DNA from: an uncultured Gammaproteobacteria bacterium
GTDB taxonomy: Bacteria > Patescibacteriota > Patescibacteriia > SG8-24
Direction: 5' to 3'
DNA length: 64,000 bases
Assembly: GCA_964491475.1 (NCBI GenBank)
Contig: CAZBFO010000001.1
Span: forward strand, 189,265 to 253,264
Positions 17,166 to 26,706 of this stretch are shown here, in pieces (the stretch's first letter is position 1; the number at the start of each line of letters is the position of its first letter). A program made the translations under genes and the position numbers. The notes beneath the pieces were generated by a model that saw only the letters and a list, made by a program, of their open reading frames with translations, was not told the DNA's origin and ran no database searches.

Positions 17166-18908
17166 CTACTTCTCGGCGGCCAAAGCGTCGAAAAGGCCGT
17201 CGAAGAACTTGGAGACGGATTTCCTGCCGCGCGCCTCCTTTGCGACCAAAAACTGAAAATGCGTTCGCTTGAGGTTGGTGTTGGCAATGTGGCGGCTGTG
17301 AAAGGTCTCGAGCATCTTCTTGCCGTCATAGAACTCGCGCCGGCGGCCATCCTTCTTTATCGAGGCCACTGCAACCTCGGCATTCTTTTGGAGTTTCGCG
17401 ACCTCCTCTGCCGAGAATTTCATCTGAAGCTCTGCAATGAAATCTCCGACCTGCTTCGCGAGCTCGGTGAGCGGCCGCTTCGGGCGGAAACCGTGAAAAC
17501 CGAGAGCCTTGTGGACCCGTCGCTCTATCTCATCCGCCTCCATCTCGTCGGAAATTTTGTCGAGCGCCGCGACAACGTCCTCCTTCGATTTCAGGTCTGT
17601 CTGCTCGACTACGACCTCAATTGCCCTCCAGATGGCGTCAGGATCAATGAGGAAGTTCTCGACCACGGACACAGGTAGGACAAACACGTCCTCGGGCACC
17701 TCTGGCGGAAAACCGACATCCTGATCGACCAAGGCGAAGACCTTGAGGCCACTGCTAAATCCGTCGAGCGCGCTCGAAAGACGCGATCTCAAGCTCATGC
17801 ATTCACTTTTTCCTCCACCAGGGATAACGGTGGCTCCGTCAAACCTTTGGCTAAGTGCACGGAAGAGTTTCCGCGCGCCGACGGCATTCTTCGCCTGCTC
17901 ATCACCCACGCCCTCTGCGATGATGACTGGCTGCATCGCGGTCAGATTGGAAGTACTGCCGAACAGCTCGCGCAAGACGGACAGACGCTCGTCATCGGCG
18001 GCAATCGGAATCAGCTGGTTTTCTCCGTCGGCCACCAGCTCGACTGGCCGCATCAGAAATAGCTCCTCAAAGGATGCATTCTCTACAATGGACGGGGAGT
18101 GGGTCGCAACAATCACCTGTGTATCCTCTTCGGCGGCAAGCACGCGGAGGTAGTCGAGCACTTTCATCTGCAAGTTCGGGTGCAGGTGTAACTCCGGTTC
18201 GTCTATGAGAACACACAAGTCGGTCTTGGCCTTGGGGGCGGAGCGACCATGAAGACCGTCGAGCGCCTCACGAACACGATGTTCGATCAGGGGATAGAAC
18301 ATCTGGATAATCGACTTCTCGCCAGAACTCAGGTCATCGAGGTCCACTTCAGTCGGCTTGCCGTGGACACGCCACACGCACCGAATGTTATCGCGATTCG
18401 ATGTGTCGATCTTCACGAACTCAAGGTGCGGCAATAGACTCTTCGTTAGAGCGCGAAACGGCTCCCAGACGTCGTCGATGGTGCCCTTGAGAATCTCTTG
18501 ATCTCGGTCGAATCGCGCCGTGATAGCTTCCTTCCTGCCAACGTCGATCTGGCAGAGCCCGTGCTTCAGGTAGTTGTATGCGTCATCAACGTTCCACGCG
18601 TCGCGGCTTCCACCCGCAAGAAGATTGATACCCTCGTAGCCCGATACCGATGTCTGTGTGAGGATTTCCTCCAGCTTGATGTCCTGACTTGCTAGGTGGC
18701 GTTGTTGCACTGTCTGCTTGCGCATGGCGCGAGCGGGGCCAACGTAGAGTACGCCGCTGGTGCGGCCGCCGGAGTTTCGGAGTTCGTTCAGGAGTGTGGA
18801 TTTGCCGCAGCCGTTCGGACCGGCGATGATCATCAGACTCGGGACAGCGACGCACTCGGCGAGCCGAACGGCCCGCTTATCGGTGATTTTGAATTCGGGA
18901 ATGCGCAT
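17166..18908 (-). CDS. OLD-family nuclease (ABC-type ATPase with a C-terminal Toprim domain), standalone class 1
   Basis: Walker A GPNGCGKST, signature-like LSSGEKS, Walker B LCVLIDEPELHLHP and H-loop ATHSP are present. The C-terminus carries VIIAEGVGDE...LVDQD Toprim acidic motifs. The start is taken at the internal Met (MRIPEF). No helicase or other partner gene is adjacent. Confidence 0.7.
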   Translation of the reverse strand: MRIPEFKITDKRAVRLAECVAVPSLMIIAGPNGCGKSTLLNELRNSGGRTSGVLYVGPARAMRKQTVQQRHLASQDIKLEEILTQTSVSGYEGINLLAGGSRDAWNVDDAYNYLKHGLCQIDVGRKEAITARFDRDQEILKGTIDDVWEPFRALTKSLLPHLEFVKIDTSNRDNIRCVWRVHGKPTEVDLDDLSSGEKSIIQMFYPLIEHRVREALDGLHGRSAPKAKTDLCVLIDEPELHLHPNLQMKVLDYLRVLAAEEDTQVIVATHSPSIVENASFEELFLMRPVELVADGENQLIPIAADDERLSVLRELFGSTSNLTAMQPVIIAEGVGDEQAKNAVGARKLFRALSQRFDGATVIPGGGKSECMSLRSRLSSALDGFSSGLKVFALVDQDVGFPPEVPEDVFVLPVSVVENFLIDPDAIWRAIEVVVEQTDLKSKEDVVAALDKISDEMEADEIERRVHKALGFHGFRPKRPLTELAKQVGDFIAELQMKFSAEEVAKLQKNAEVAVASIKKDGRRREFYDGKKMLETFHSRHIANTNLKRTHFQFLVAKEARGRKSVSKFFDGLFDALAAEK

Positions 18909-19081
18909 AATAAAAAGTGATATTGACTGGCCGATCTTAGCACTCGCAACGGTGAAGTGCCAAGAGCGTTTAGACCCAAGGTTCTTGAGCCGTGACCGGA
19001 GCATCAAGTACCGATCCAAACGGTTTTCCCATATCCACACCCCGTTGTTTTTCCCGCGCCCAAGTGTCAAAATAAGCTCAC

Positions 19082-20299
19082 ATGCCGCACCGGCCCTCCG
19101 GTCTGTTTTCGCCGTGCAGTTATCCCCATATCGAAAATATCGCCATGCCCTCTGCCGCCAAAAGACCCTATAAAACCTGGGTGGAAGTCTCCAAAAGCGC
19201 GCTGCTGAACAACGCCCTGGTGTTGAAGTCTGCGGCTGGCCGCAAGACGATGCTGATGTCGGTCATCAAGTCGAACGCCTACGGCCACGGCATTGCCGAG
19301 ACCGTCCGCGTGTTGGCCAAGGGGCCCACGGACTGGTTCGGCGTCGACTCCGTCCGCGAGGCCGAGCTGGTCCGCGCTTCGGGGACCAACAAGCCGATCC
19401 TGGTGCTGGGCTACACGCCGTTCAGCGACGCACTGCGCGCGGTCAAACAGGGGTTCAGCCTCACGGTCTACAACCGCGAGAACATCGCCGCCCTGAACAA
19501 AGCGGCCACGGCCAAGCGTCCGGCCAAGATCCACCTCAAGCTGGAGACGGGCACCTCGCGCCAAGGGCTTCTCAAAAAGGACCTGCCCGCGTTCCTGACC
19601 TTCCTCAAGAAGCGCAAGAACGTGGTGCTCGAAGGCGTCTCCACCCACTACGCCAACATCGAGGACACCACCGACTCCACCTACGCCATGGGGCAACTGG
19701 AGCGGTTCCTCACCATGGTCGCCACGGTCCGCCATGCGGGGTTCGACCCCAAGCTGGTGCACACGGCCTGCTCTGCGGCGGCGCTGCTGTATCCGGAGAC
19801 GCACTTCACCATTGTCCGCGCGGGCATCGCGCAGTACGGACTGTGGCCTTCCAAGGAAACGAAGGTGTCGGCCATCCTGAAACGGAAGAGCATCATCCTG
19901 AAACCGGCGCTCACCTGGAAGACCATCGTGGCGCAGGTGAAGACGCTGCCGGAAGGCGCACCGGTCAGCTACGGTCTCACCGAGAAGCTGGCGCGCGAAT
20001 CCAAAGTGGCCGTGGTGCCGGTGGGGTATTGGGACGGGTTTGATCGCAAGCTGTCGTCGGTGGGGCACGTGCTGGTGCGTGGCAAGAGCGCCAAGGTGCT
20101 GGGCCGCGTCTGCATGAACATGTTCGTGGTCGACGTCACCGACATCCCGGGCGTGCGCGTGGAAGACGAAGTTGTGCTGCTCGGCAGGCAGGGCAAAGAA
20201 GTCATCACTGCCGAAGACATCGCTTCATCAGTCGGCACCATCAACTACGAGATCGTCACGCGCATCAATCCGCTGATTCCTCGCGTCCTGGTTTCCTGA
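19082..20299 (+). CDS. alr: Alanine racemase
   Basis: VIKSNAYGHGI is the PLD-lysine motif. A C-terminal beta domain is present. The true start may be the Met at about 19145 (MPSAAKRPYK). Confidence 0.85.
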   Translation: MPHRPSGLFSPCSYPHIENIAMPSAAKRPYKTWVEVSKSALLNNALVLKSAAGRKTMLMSVIKSNAYGHGIAETVRVLAKGPTDWFGVDSVREAELVRASGTNKPILVLGYTPFSDALRAVKQGFSLTVYNRENIAALNKAATAKRPAKIHLKLETGTSRQGLLKKDLPAFLTFLKKRKNVVLEGVSTHYANIEDTTDSTYAMGQLERFLTMVATVRHAGFDPKLVHTACSAAALLYPETHFTIVRAGIAQYGLWPSKETKVSAILKRKSIILKPALTWKTIVAQVKTLPEGAPVSYGLTEKLARESKVAVVPVGYWDGFDRKLSSVGHVLVRGKSAKVLGRVCMNMFVVDVTDIPGVRVEDEVVLLGRQGKEVITAEDIASSVGTINYEIVTRINPLIPRVLVS

Positions 20300-20303
20300 A
20301 CAT

Positions 20304-21464
20304 ATGGGCTCGCGCAAACCTTCCTCCAAAAATCCTTCCGGCAAGAAGCGCATCTCCGTCGCCGTCGTTTTTGGCGGCATGTCGGGGGAGCACGAGGTGT
20401 CTTTGCAGTCGGCGGCCTCGATCATCGCTGCGCTCAACAAGAAGAAGTACGAGGTGCTGCCGGTGCGCGTCGAGAAGACCGGACGCTGGGCGGTGGACGC
20501 GCAGATGCTCGCCGCTCCCAAAGATTCGCAGACGCTGACGGCAAAAGAATCGACCCGCGAAACGCGCCTGCTTGCGCCGGGTTCTGCTCGCGGCGCATTG
20601 CTGGCGGGTGACGCGGCCACGGCTGAACGCGTCGACATCGTGTTTCCCATCGTCCACGGCACAGGCGGCGAAGATGGCGCATTGCAGGGCCTTATGGAGC
20701 TCTCCGGGCTGCCATACGTTGGCAGCGGCATCCTCGGCTCGGCCATCGGCATGGACAAGGTGGCGCAGAAGAAACTGCTCGAGCGCGACGGCTTTCCCGT
20801 GGCGCCGTACGTGCACTTCCGCGCTTCTGATTGGAAAAAAAACGCCAACGCCATCGTCAGCGAAATAGAGAAGTCTCTGAACTATCCCTGCTTCGTGAAG
20901 CCGGCCAACCTCGGCTCGTCGGTGGGCGTTTCCAAAGCGCATCATCGCAAAGAGTTGCGCGCCGGCATCGAAGACGCGCTGACCTATGACTCGAAAATCA
21001 TGGTCGAGAAGGCCGTCTTGAAGTGCCGCGAAATCGAATGTGGCGTGCTTGGGAACGACAAACCGCGCGCTTCGGTGCTGGGCGAAGTCATTCCTTCCAA
21101 CGAGTTCTACGACTACGCCGCCAAGTACGTCGACGGCAAGTCGCAAGTCATCATCCCGGCCGACCTTCCCAAGCAGGTCAGCGAGAACATCCGCGCGATG
21201 GCACTGAAGGCCTTCCGCACCTTGGACATTTCGGGTTTCGCCCGCGTCGACTTCTTCGTGGAGCGCACTACCAACGAGGTGTACATCAACGAGGTCAACA
21301 CGCTGCCGGGCTTCACCAGCATCAGCATGTTCCCCATGCTGTGGGAGGCCAGCGGCGTGCCGTATGCGGAACTGCTCGACGAGCTGATCACGCTCGGCCT
21401 TGCACGCGACCGCGAACGCCGCGGCCTCAAGCGCAGCTTCACGCCGCCTACCAAAAAAGCATGA
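20304..21464 (+). CDS. ddl: D-alanine--D-alanine ligase
   Basis: ISVAVVFGGMSGEHEVSLQSA and an ATP-grasp domain (EVNTLPGFT). The gene is adjacent to alr. Confidence 0.9.
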   Translation: MGSRKPSSKNPSGKKRISVAVVFGGMSGEHEVSLQSAASIIAALNKKKYEVLPVRVEKTGRWAVDAQMLAAPKDSQTLTAKESTRETRLLAPGSARGALLAGDAATAERVDIVFPIVHGTGGEDGALQGLMELSGLPYVGSGILGSAIGMDKVAQKKLLERDGFPVAPYVHFRASDWKKNANAIVSEIEKSLNYPCFVKPANLGSSVGVSKAHHRKELRAGIEDALTYDSKIMVEKAVLKCREIECGVLGNDKPRASVLGEVIPSNEFYDYAAKYVDGKSQVIIPADLPKQVSENIRAMALKAFRTLDISGFARVDFFVERTTNEVYINEVNTLPGFTSISMFPMLWEASGVPYAELLDELITLGLARDRERRGLKRSFTPPTKKA

Positions 21465-22663
21465 GCACTTCTTGGCGCCACTTTCCCAAGAGCCGCAGCA
21501 AGCCCGTCCGAGACTTCCATCGTCCGCGGTACGGGAATCCTTTGTTTGCAAACGCTTCCGGCAGCAAGGTGGTCCGACGCGGCAATGCTGCCGCGTCCAA
21601 CCGCACCGCGCGCCGCCCTTCCGGCGCGGGACTGGGCGACAAGAAGCGCAACCTGCTCATCGCCGCGGGCGTCGTGCTGCTCGGCGCGGCCTGGTACGTG
21701 TTTTGGGGATCGGCTTTCCGCATCACCAAGACCGAGTTCAGCGGCGCCACGCCGTACACCGAAGAAACTCTCCGCAAGGCGCTGGCCGACTACGAAGCCT
21801 CGAACGCGCTGCTGGTCTTTCCGCGCAACAACGTCCTGCTGTTCAGCGAGTCGTCGGCCAAGGACGCCATCAAGGACGCCGTCTACCTGGACGACATCCA
21901 GATCACCAAGAAGCTGCCCGACACGGTCCTCGTGACCGTCAAGGAGAAGGCCATGCGCGCCGTGCTCGAGCGCGGCGGACGCCTTTACGCGGTCGACGAA
22001 TCAGGCTTCGTGCTGCGCGAGCTCACCTCCAAGGAGCACGACATGATGCCCGACCTGCCGCCAGGGCTGAACGCGGTTTCGGTCGAAGGCCTCGGCGCGG
22101 AGACGGTCACGGTATCGAACGGGAAGGTGAACGACCCATCACCGACAAGCGGCGAGGCTGTGTCGAAGGGCGCGGCCGCAAAGACGGCAGCCGCGGCAAC
22201 AAACACCGGTGCCAAACCGTCGGCCGCAGGAACGCAGCCTTCTGCCGCCGCGGCCAAACCCCAAGCACCTGCGGCCCCGCCCGAACCGCCGTCCAAGAAC
22301 GCCTGGCCGCTGATCCTCGATCACAACCCCGACGACGCCATCAAGAAGCCGGCGCGTCCCGGTCTGCAGGCCTACACTCCCTCGACCCTGACCTCCATCC
22401 TGCAAGCCAACGCCCGCCTGCCGGACGTCACCGGCGAAACCGTCCGCTGGTACACGCCCGACGAAACCTCCAACTCCGTGGACGCCGCCATGTCCGGCGG
22501 CTGGCATGTTTTCCTGGCCACCGCCACGCCGTTCGACGTCCAGGTGGACCGCCTGTCAATCATCCTCAAGGACAAGATCGGCCCCAAGAGGGGAGACCTC
22601 GAATACGTGGATTTGCGCTATAACGAGAAGATTTTCTACCGTCTGAAACACCAGACCCAGTAG
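21461..22663 (+). CDS. ftsQ: Cell division protein FtsQ/DivIB-like (POTRA domain) with a Pro/Ala-rich insertion
   Basis: The ATG overlaps the ddl stop (ATGA). A TM helix (LLIAAGVVLLGAAWYVF) is followed by POTRA-like FRITKTEFSGAT...VTVKEKAMRAV. The part of ORF 21023..22663 that overlaps ddl is treated as artifactual. Confidence 0.65.
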   Translation: MSTSWRHFPKSRSKPVRDFHRPRYGNPLFANASGSKVVRRGNAAASNRTARRPSGAGLGDKKRNLLIAAGVVLLGAAWYVFWGSAFRITKTEFSGATPYTEETLRKALADYEASNALLVFPRNNVLLFSESSAKDAIKDAVYLDDIQITKKLPDTVLVTVKEKAMRAVLERGGRLYAVDESGFVLRELTSKEHDMMPDLPPGLNAVSVEGLGAETVTVSNGKVNDPSPTSGEAVSKGAAAKTAAAATNTGAKPSAAGTQPSAAAAKPQAPAAPPEPPSKNAWPLILDHNPDDAIKKPARPGLQAYTPSTLTSILQANARLPDVTGETVRWYTPDETSNSVDAAMSGGWHVFLATATPFDVQVDRLSIILKDKIGPKRGDLEYVDLRYNEKIFYRLKHQTQ

Positions 22664-22778
22664 GGGAGGGGCGACCCTCCCTTTCGGTTTGCCTATTCTT
22701 GACCATCTGCTACGGTGGCTTAGACGACCGTTTTTCGGCCGATCAGCGTTCCTTTCCCATCGTTAAGGAGATAGCGCC

Positions 22779-24590
22779 ATGAAGCGACAAGGACCTATTA
22801 CGGCGCTTTTGGTTTTGCTCGGCCTGGTGTTCCTGACGTTCATGATCGCCAGCCCCCAGGGGCAGGACATCCGCAACGTCCCCGTCAGCGAGTTCATCGC
22901 CGACGTGGAGCGCGGCGACATCAAGGACGTGACCATCGACGGCGACCACGTCGTCGGCATGAGTCCGGGAATCGGCGCGGGCAAGGAGGTGGAGTACGTC
23001 ACGTACGCCACCGACAAGACCGAGCTGATCCGCGTCATGCACGAAAAGCACGTCACCTACCGCGAAAAGCAGCCGTCCGGCCTGGCCGCGGCGCTCTGGC
23101 TGGTGCTGCCGCTGCTGTTCCTGGTGGTTGTCGGATCGCTGGTCCTCAAACGGATGGCCAACGTCAACGCCTCGACCATCAAGCGGACCATTTCCAACAA
23201 GGCCACGCTTCACCATTCGGTGAAGGTGACCTTCCAGGACGTGGCCGGCATCGACGAGGCCGTCGAGGAAGTGCGCGACCTGGTCACGTACCTCAAGGAC
23301 CCCAAAGGCGCCCGACGCCTCGGCGGTCGCGGACCCAAAGGCGTGCTGCTGATCGGGCCGCCCGGCAACGGCAAGACCCTGCTTGCCAGGGCCATCGCCG
23401 GGGAAGCCGGCGTGCCGTTCTTCTCGGCCGACGCTTCCAGCTTCGTGGAGATGTTCGTCGGCGTCGGCGCGGGCCGCGTCCGCGACCTGTTCGAAGACGC
23501 GCGCAAGCACGCCCCCTGCATCATCTTCATCGATGAGCTGGATGCGGTAGGCAAGAAGCGCGGCGGGCTGGCCAGCGGCGGAGGCAACGACGAGCGCGAA
23601 CAGACGCTCAACCAGCTGCTCATCGCCATGAACGGCTTCTCGTCGAACGACGGCATCATCGTCCTCGCGGCGACCAACCGTCCCGAGACGCTCGACAGCG
23701 CGCTGATCCGTCCCGGACGGTTCGACGCCAAGGTGGTCGTGCCCCGGCCCGACCTCCGCGGCCGCGAGAAGATCCTCAAGGTGCATTCGCGCGACAAGAT
23801 CATCTCGCCGGACGTCGACTACACCATCATCGCCCGGCGTACCACCGGCATGAGCGGCGCGGACCTCGAAGGCGTCATGAACGAGGCGGCATTGCGGGCG
23901 AACAAGCTCGGCAAGGCGGCCATCGACATGGCCGACGTCGAGTACGCCTGCAAGAAGCTGCAGCTCGGCGCGGAACGGAAGAGCGCGGTGATTCCCGAAG
24001 AGGTCAAGAAGGTCATCGCGGTGCACGAGTGCGGCCATACCATGGCCGGATGGTTCACCGTGGCGGCAGACCAGGTCCGGGAGGTGACTATCGTTCCTCG
24101 CGGACCGGCCCTCGGCCTTACCTGGACCATGCCGGAAGAGGACCGCATGCTGCTGTCCAAGACGCAGCTGCTCGCCGAGATCCAGCTCCTGTATGGGGGA
24201 CGGGTCGCAGAGCAGGTGGTCTTCGGATCGGATTTCATCACCACCGGCGCCAGCAACGACCTGGAACGGCTGACCTCGATCGCCAAAGGCATGGTCAAGC
24301 GCTACGGCATGTGCCCCGAGCTCGGCCCGCCGCAAGTCTACGGCGACAACGACAGCGGCTTCGTCTTCCAGGAGAGCCGCAAGGACTACAGCGAGAAGAC
24401 CGAAGCCGCCATCGACGACCAGGTCAACAAGCTGCTCAAGGGCTGCTATGAAACGGTGCTGCAACTCCTGACGGAGAAGCGGGACCTGCTCGACAAGCTC
24501 ACCGCGGCGCTGCTCGACAAGGAATCGCTGGGCCAGAGGGACATCGAGGCCATTCTCGGCGTCCGCGGCAAGACGCCCATCACGGCCTGA
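22779..24590 (+). CDS. ftsH: ATP-dependent zinc metalloprotease FtsH
   Basis: Two N-terminal TM helices. The AAA module carries [23 protein letters not shown]. The M41 peptidase domain carries HECGHTMAG (HExxH). Confidence 0.9.
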   Translation: MKRQGPITALLVLLGLVFLTFMIASPQGQDIRNVPVSEFIADVERGDIKDVTIDGDHVVGMSPGIGAGKEVEYVTYATDKTELIRVMHEKHVTYREKQPSGLAAALWLVLPLLFLVVVGSLVLKRMANVNASTIKRTISNKATLHHSVKVTFQDVAGIDEAVEEVRDLVTYLKDPKGARRLGGRGPKGVLLIGPPGNGKTLLARAIAGEAGVPFFSADASSFVEMFVGVGAGRVRDLFEDARKHAPCIIFIDELDAVGKKRGGLASGGGNDEREQTLNQLLIAMNGFSSNDGIIVLAATNRPETLDSALIRPGRFDAKVVVPRPDLRGREKILKVHSRDKIISPDVDYTIIARRTTGMSGADLEGVMNEAALRANKLGKAAIDMADVEYACKKLQLGAERKSAVIPEEVKKVIAVHECGHTMAGWFTVAADQVREVTIVPRGPALGLTWTMPEEDRMLLSKTQLLAEIQLLYGGRVAEQVVFGSDFITTGASNDLERLTSIAKGMVKRYGMCPELGPPQVYGDNDSGFVFQESRKDYSEKTEAAIDDQVNKLLKGCYETVLQLLTEKRDLLDKLTAALLDKESLGQRDIEAILGVRGKTPITA

Positions 24591-24591
24591 C

Positions 24592-24625
24592 CGCCAGCCC
24601 GCCTTAAAACGGCGGGTTTTTTATT
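24592..24625 (+). terminator. Rho-independent terminator after ftsH
   Basis: ccgccagcccgccttaaaacggcgggttttttattt is a GC stem followed by a T-tract. Confidence 0.6.
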
Positions 24626-25509
24626 TGGCGACACATCATCGATAAGTGAAAACATTTTGCGACACAGGAGGCGCTGCGGTAGAAAGGAAGAAAAAGAAAA
24701 GCCGTCGCAACAAGGACGGCTGACGGAAAAGCTTATCGGCTGCAGATGAGCGACCGCGCATGCGGTCGTTCCAGGAAACCTTTGAGATCGGACTCGCACG
24801 GTCGCGCCGAATGCCAACCGACCAGCAGCAGCGCAGCTGCAGGAACCGCAATGGCGGCAGCGACGCCGAAGCCGGCCACGCGGCTGAAGGTCCATTGCCG
24901 CCGGCTCAAGGGGCGCAACGAATGACCAGGCCGACGGGGCCGCAGGACGGCCGCAGTCCAGCTGCCAAGCCGCCACATGACTACGATGACCAAAGGAACC
25001 CCTATAAGGGTCAGTGTCAGCATTACGCAAGTGCTCACTTGGCGTACCTCCCGGCAAGCGATGGGTGAGTCGTTCACCCAAAGGCATGAACATAATGCTG
25101 TAGCATACCAAAAAGAGCAAGGAGCCACCTTATAGGCCATTTAAATGCCAAGGCCTATATTTTGCCTTATTTTAGCCAAATAATTGATACTTGGATTGAT
25201 ACGGGCAAAAGAACCTCGAATCCGCAACCTAAAAACCATTAATCGGATCGACGCCGCGTTCAACCGACAAAACCCAAGAAATAGAGGCGCGTGGAGATCA
25301 TTGCGAAAGTACCAAAAACAGACCGATGTCTGACGGGGAAGCCCGGTAAAACCCGCCGTACCCCTCCTTTTAGCCTTAAATAGTGTCGTCTAAGATATAT
25401 TGGGCGACACAATGTATGCCTAAAAATTGGCCCTTCCCCATCGCCCCTTGTTGCATTGCCGCCAAGACCGATACGATAGAGAAGTCCTTCGCCCGAAAGG
25501 AGATGGGCA

Positions 25510-26184
25510 ATGGCAGAAAACGGTCCGTTTGGACGACTGAAGGAGGCGATAGAACGTCTCCTTGATCGGCTAAGAGGGAAGCAGGAAACCGAGGCAACCG
25601 GCGACTCCCCTCTTACATGGCCAAAAGATGAAAAACACCGGGTGGCCGTGCACGAAGCTGGGCACGGAGTGGTCGCCTGGACGTCGGCGACGGTAACGGA
25701 GGTCTCCTCTATCGTCGTGTCCCCGGGCGGAAACGGACGGACAGTCTGGGCCGGCAGTTCGCTGCTCGGCAGCGGACATCCGCTCGCCCTTTGGGAACGT
25801 TGCGCCGTGTGCTTCGGTGGCATCGCCGGCGAGGCGTTCACCTACGGCAACTACTACCGCAACGGGTCGATGTTCGACATGCAGCAAGCCCTCGCCGTGG
25901 CGAACCAGCTTGCCGCAGCGGCATTGCTCTATCCCTCGGTGCTCGCTTCGCCCTGGGGTCAGCCGGAACCCGCCCTGCTGAACGACTTCGGCAACATCTA
26001 CGTCATCCGGCTCCCCTCCCCGCAGGCAGATATCCTTTACGCGGCGTACTATCATGCCTGCATGATGGTCGTCGTGAACAAGAGCAAGCTGTTGGCCCTC
26101 GCCGCCGCTGCCGCCAAGCACCGAACGCTCAACGCCAAGGACATTTCACGCGTCCTCGGCCCGCGACCGTGGGCCCTCCCTTGA
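25510..26184 (+). CDS. FtsH-like M41 peptidase-domain protein lacking the AAA module (truncated paralog)
   Basis: DEKHRVAVHEAGHGVVAW matches FtsH EKRIVAYHEAGHAIVGW (HExxH). CFGGIAGEAFTYG matches LYGGRLAEEIIYG. No ATPase motifs are present. Confidence 0.5.
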   Translation: MAENGPFGRLKEAIERLLDRLRGKQETEATGDSPLTWPKDEKHRVAVHEAGHGVVAWTSATVTEVSSIVVSPGGNGRTVWAGSSLLGSGHPLALWERCAVCFGGIAGEAFTYGNYYRNGSMFDMQQALAVANQLAAAALLYPSVLASPWGQPEPALLNDFGNIYVIRLPSPQADILYAAYYHACMMVVVNKSKLLALAAAAAKHRTLNAKDISRVLGPRPWALP

Positions 26185-26250
26185 ATCCCGTGCCTTGCCA
26201 CACGGGATTTTTTCATACGAAAAAGCGGCCATGCTGGCCGCGGAAGACGA

Positions 26251-26610
26251 TTAGCCGGAACGAGATACCCACCACAGGCGGAATATCGCGTACGCCGCGC
26301 AGATGAGGGTGGCCGGCAGGACGATCGGCAGCACCTGCTGCCTGAATCGCGTCCAGGTCATCACCGTCTGTGACTCGCGGCATCGGCCGCAGTGAATGCG
26401 CTCGGCGTATCCTGCCGGGTGCGATACGGAGTACCGCTCGCACTTGGCGCACCAGCGCACGTAAATCGGCAGGTTGCCCGACCAGCCCGGTTGGCGGTCC
26501 TGGCGCAAATACATCGGCCTGCCCAACGCGCGGGCAAGGCTGAAGCGCGTCGGGTGGCGCCGCTGTTCGGCGGCAATGTCGTACGTGTCTTGAAACGGTT
26601 TTCTTAGCAT
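26251..26610 (-). CDS. Small hypothetical protein with a Cys-cluster (CxxC...CxxC) and a C-terminal TM helix
   Basis: The sequence contains WCAKCERY...HCGRCRES followed by a hydrophobic tail. An AAGGAG Shine-Dalgarno lies 9 nt upstream of the ATG (MLRKPF). Confidence 0.3.
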   Translation of the reverse strand: MLRKPFQDTYDIAAEQRRHPTRFSLARALGRPMYLRQDRQPGWSGNLPIYVRWCAKCERYSVSHPAGYAERIHCGRCRESQTVMTWTRFRQQVLPIVLPATLICAAYAIFRLWWVSRSG

Positions 26611-26706
26611 CCCCACTTGCTCCTTTGCGTGACAGGGCTGTGCGGCGAGGAAAGGACGACGCGAAGATGCTATCCCCTTTCAGCCCATAAAACAAGACGT
26701 CCCGGC

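Noticed and set aside
21023-21460. The N-terminal 146 codons of ORF 21023..22663, which overlap ddl in another frame.
   Set aside because: ddl motifs occupy this region in frame 0. The FtsQ-like protein is taken to start at the ATG overlapping the ddl stop (21461).
24733-25140. A 135-aa minus-strand ORF with two hydrophobic segments in the ftsH-downstream spacer.
   Set aside because: It has no Shine-Dalgarno and no motif, and it overlaps other equally plausible ORFs on the plus strand. It is left unannotated.
25195-25235. A possible tRNA 3' fragment (…aacctcgaatccgcaacc…) that might mark an integration site in the AT-rich spacer.
   Set aside because: It cannot be folded into a T-arm and acceptor stem. 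No TTCGAAT-type loop or CCA context is present, and no integrase is nearby.
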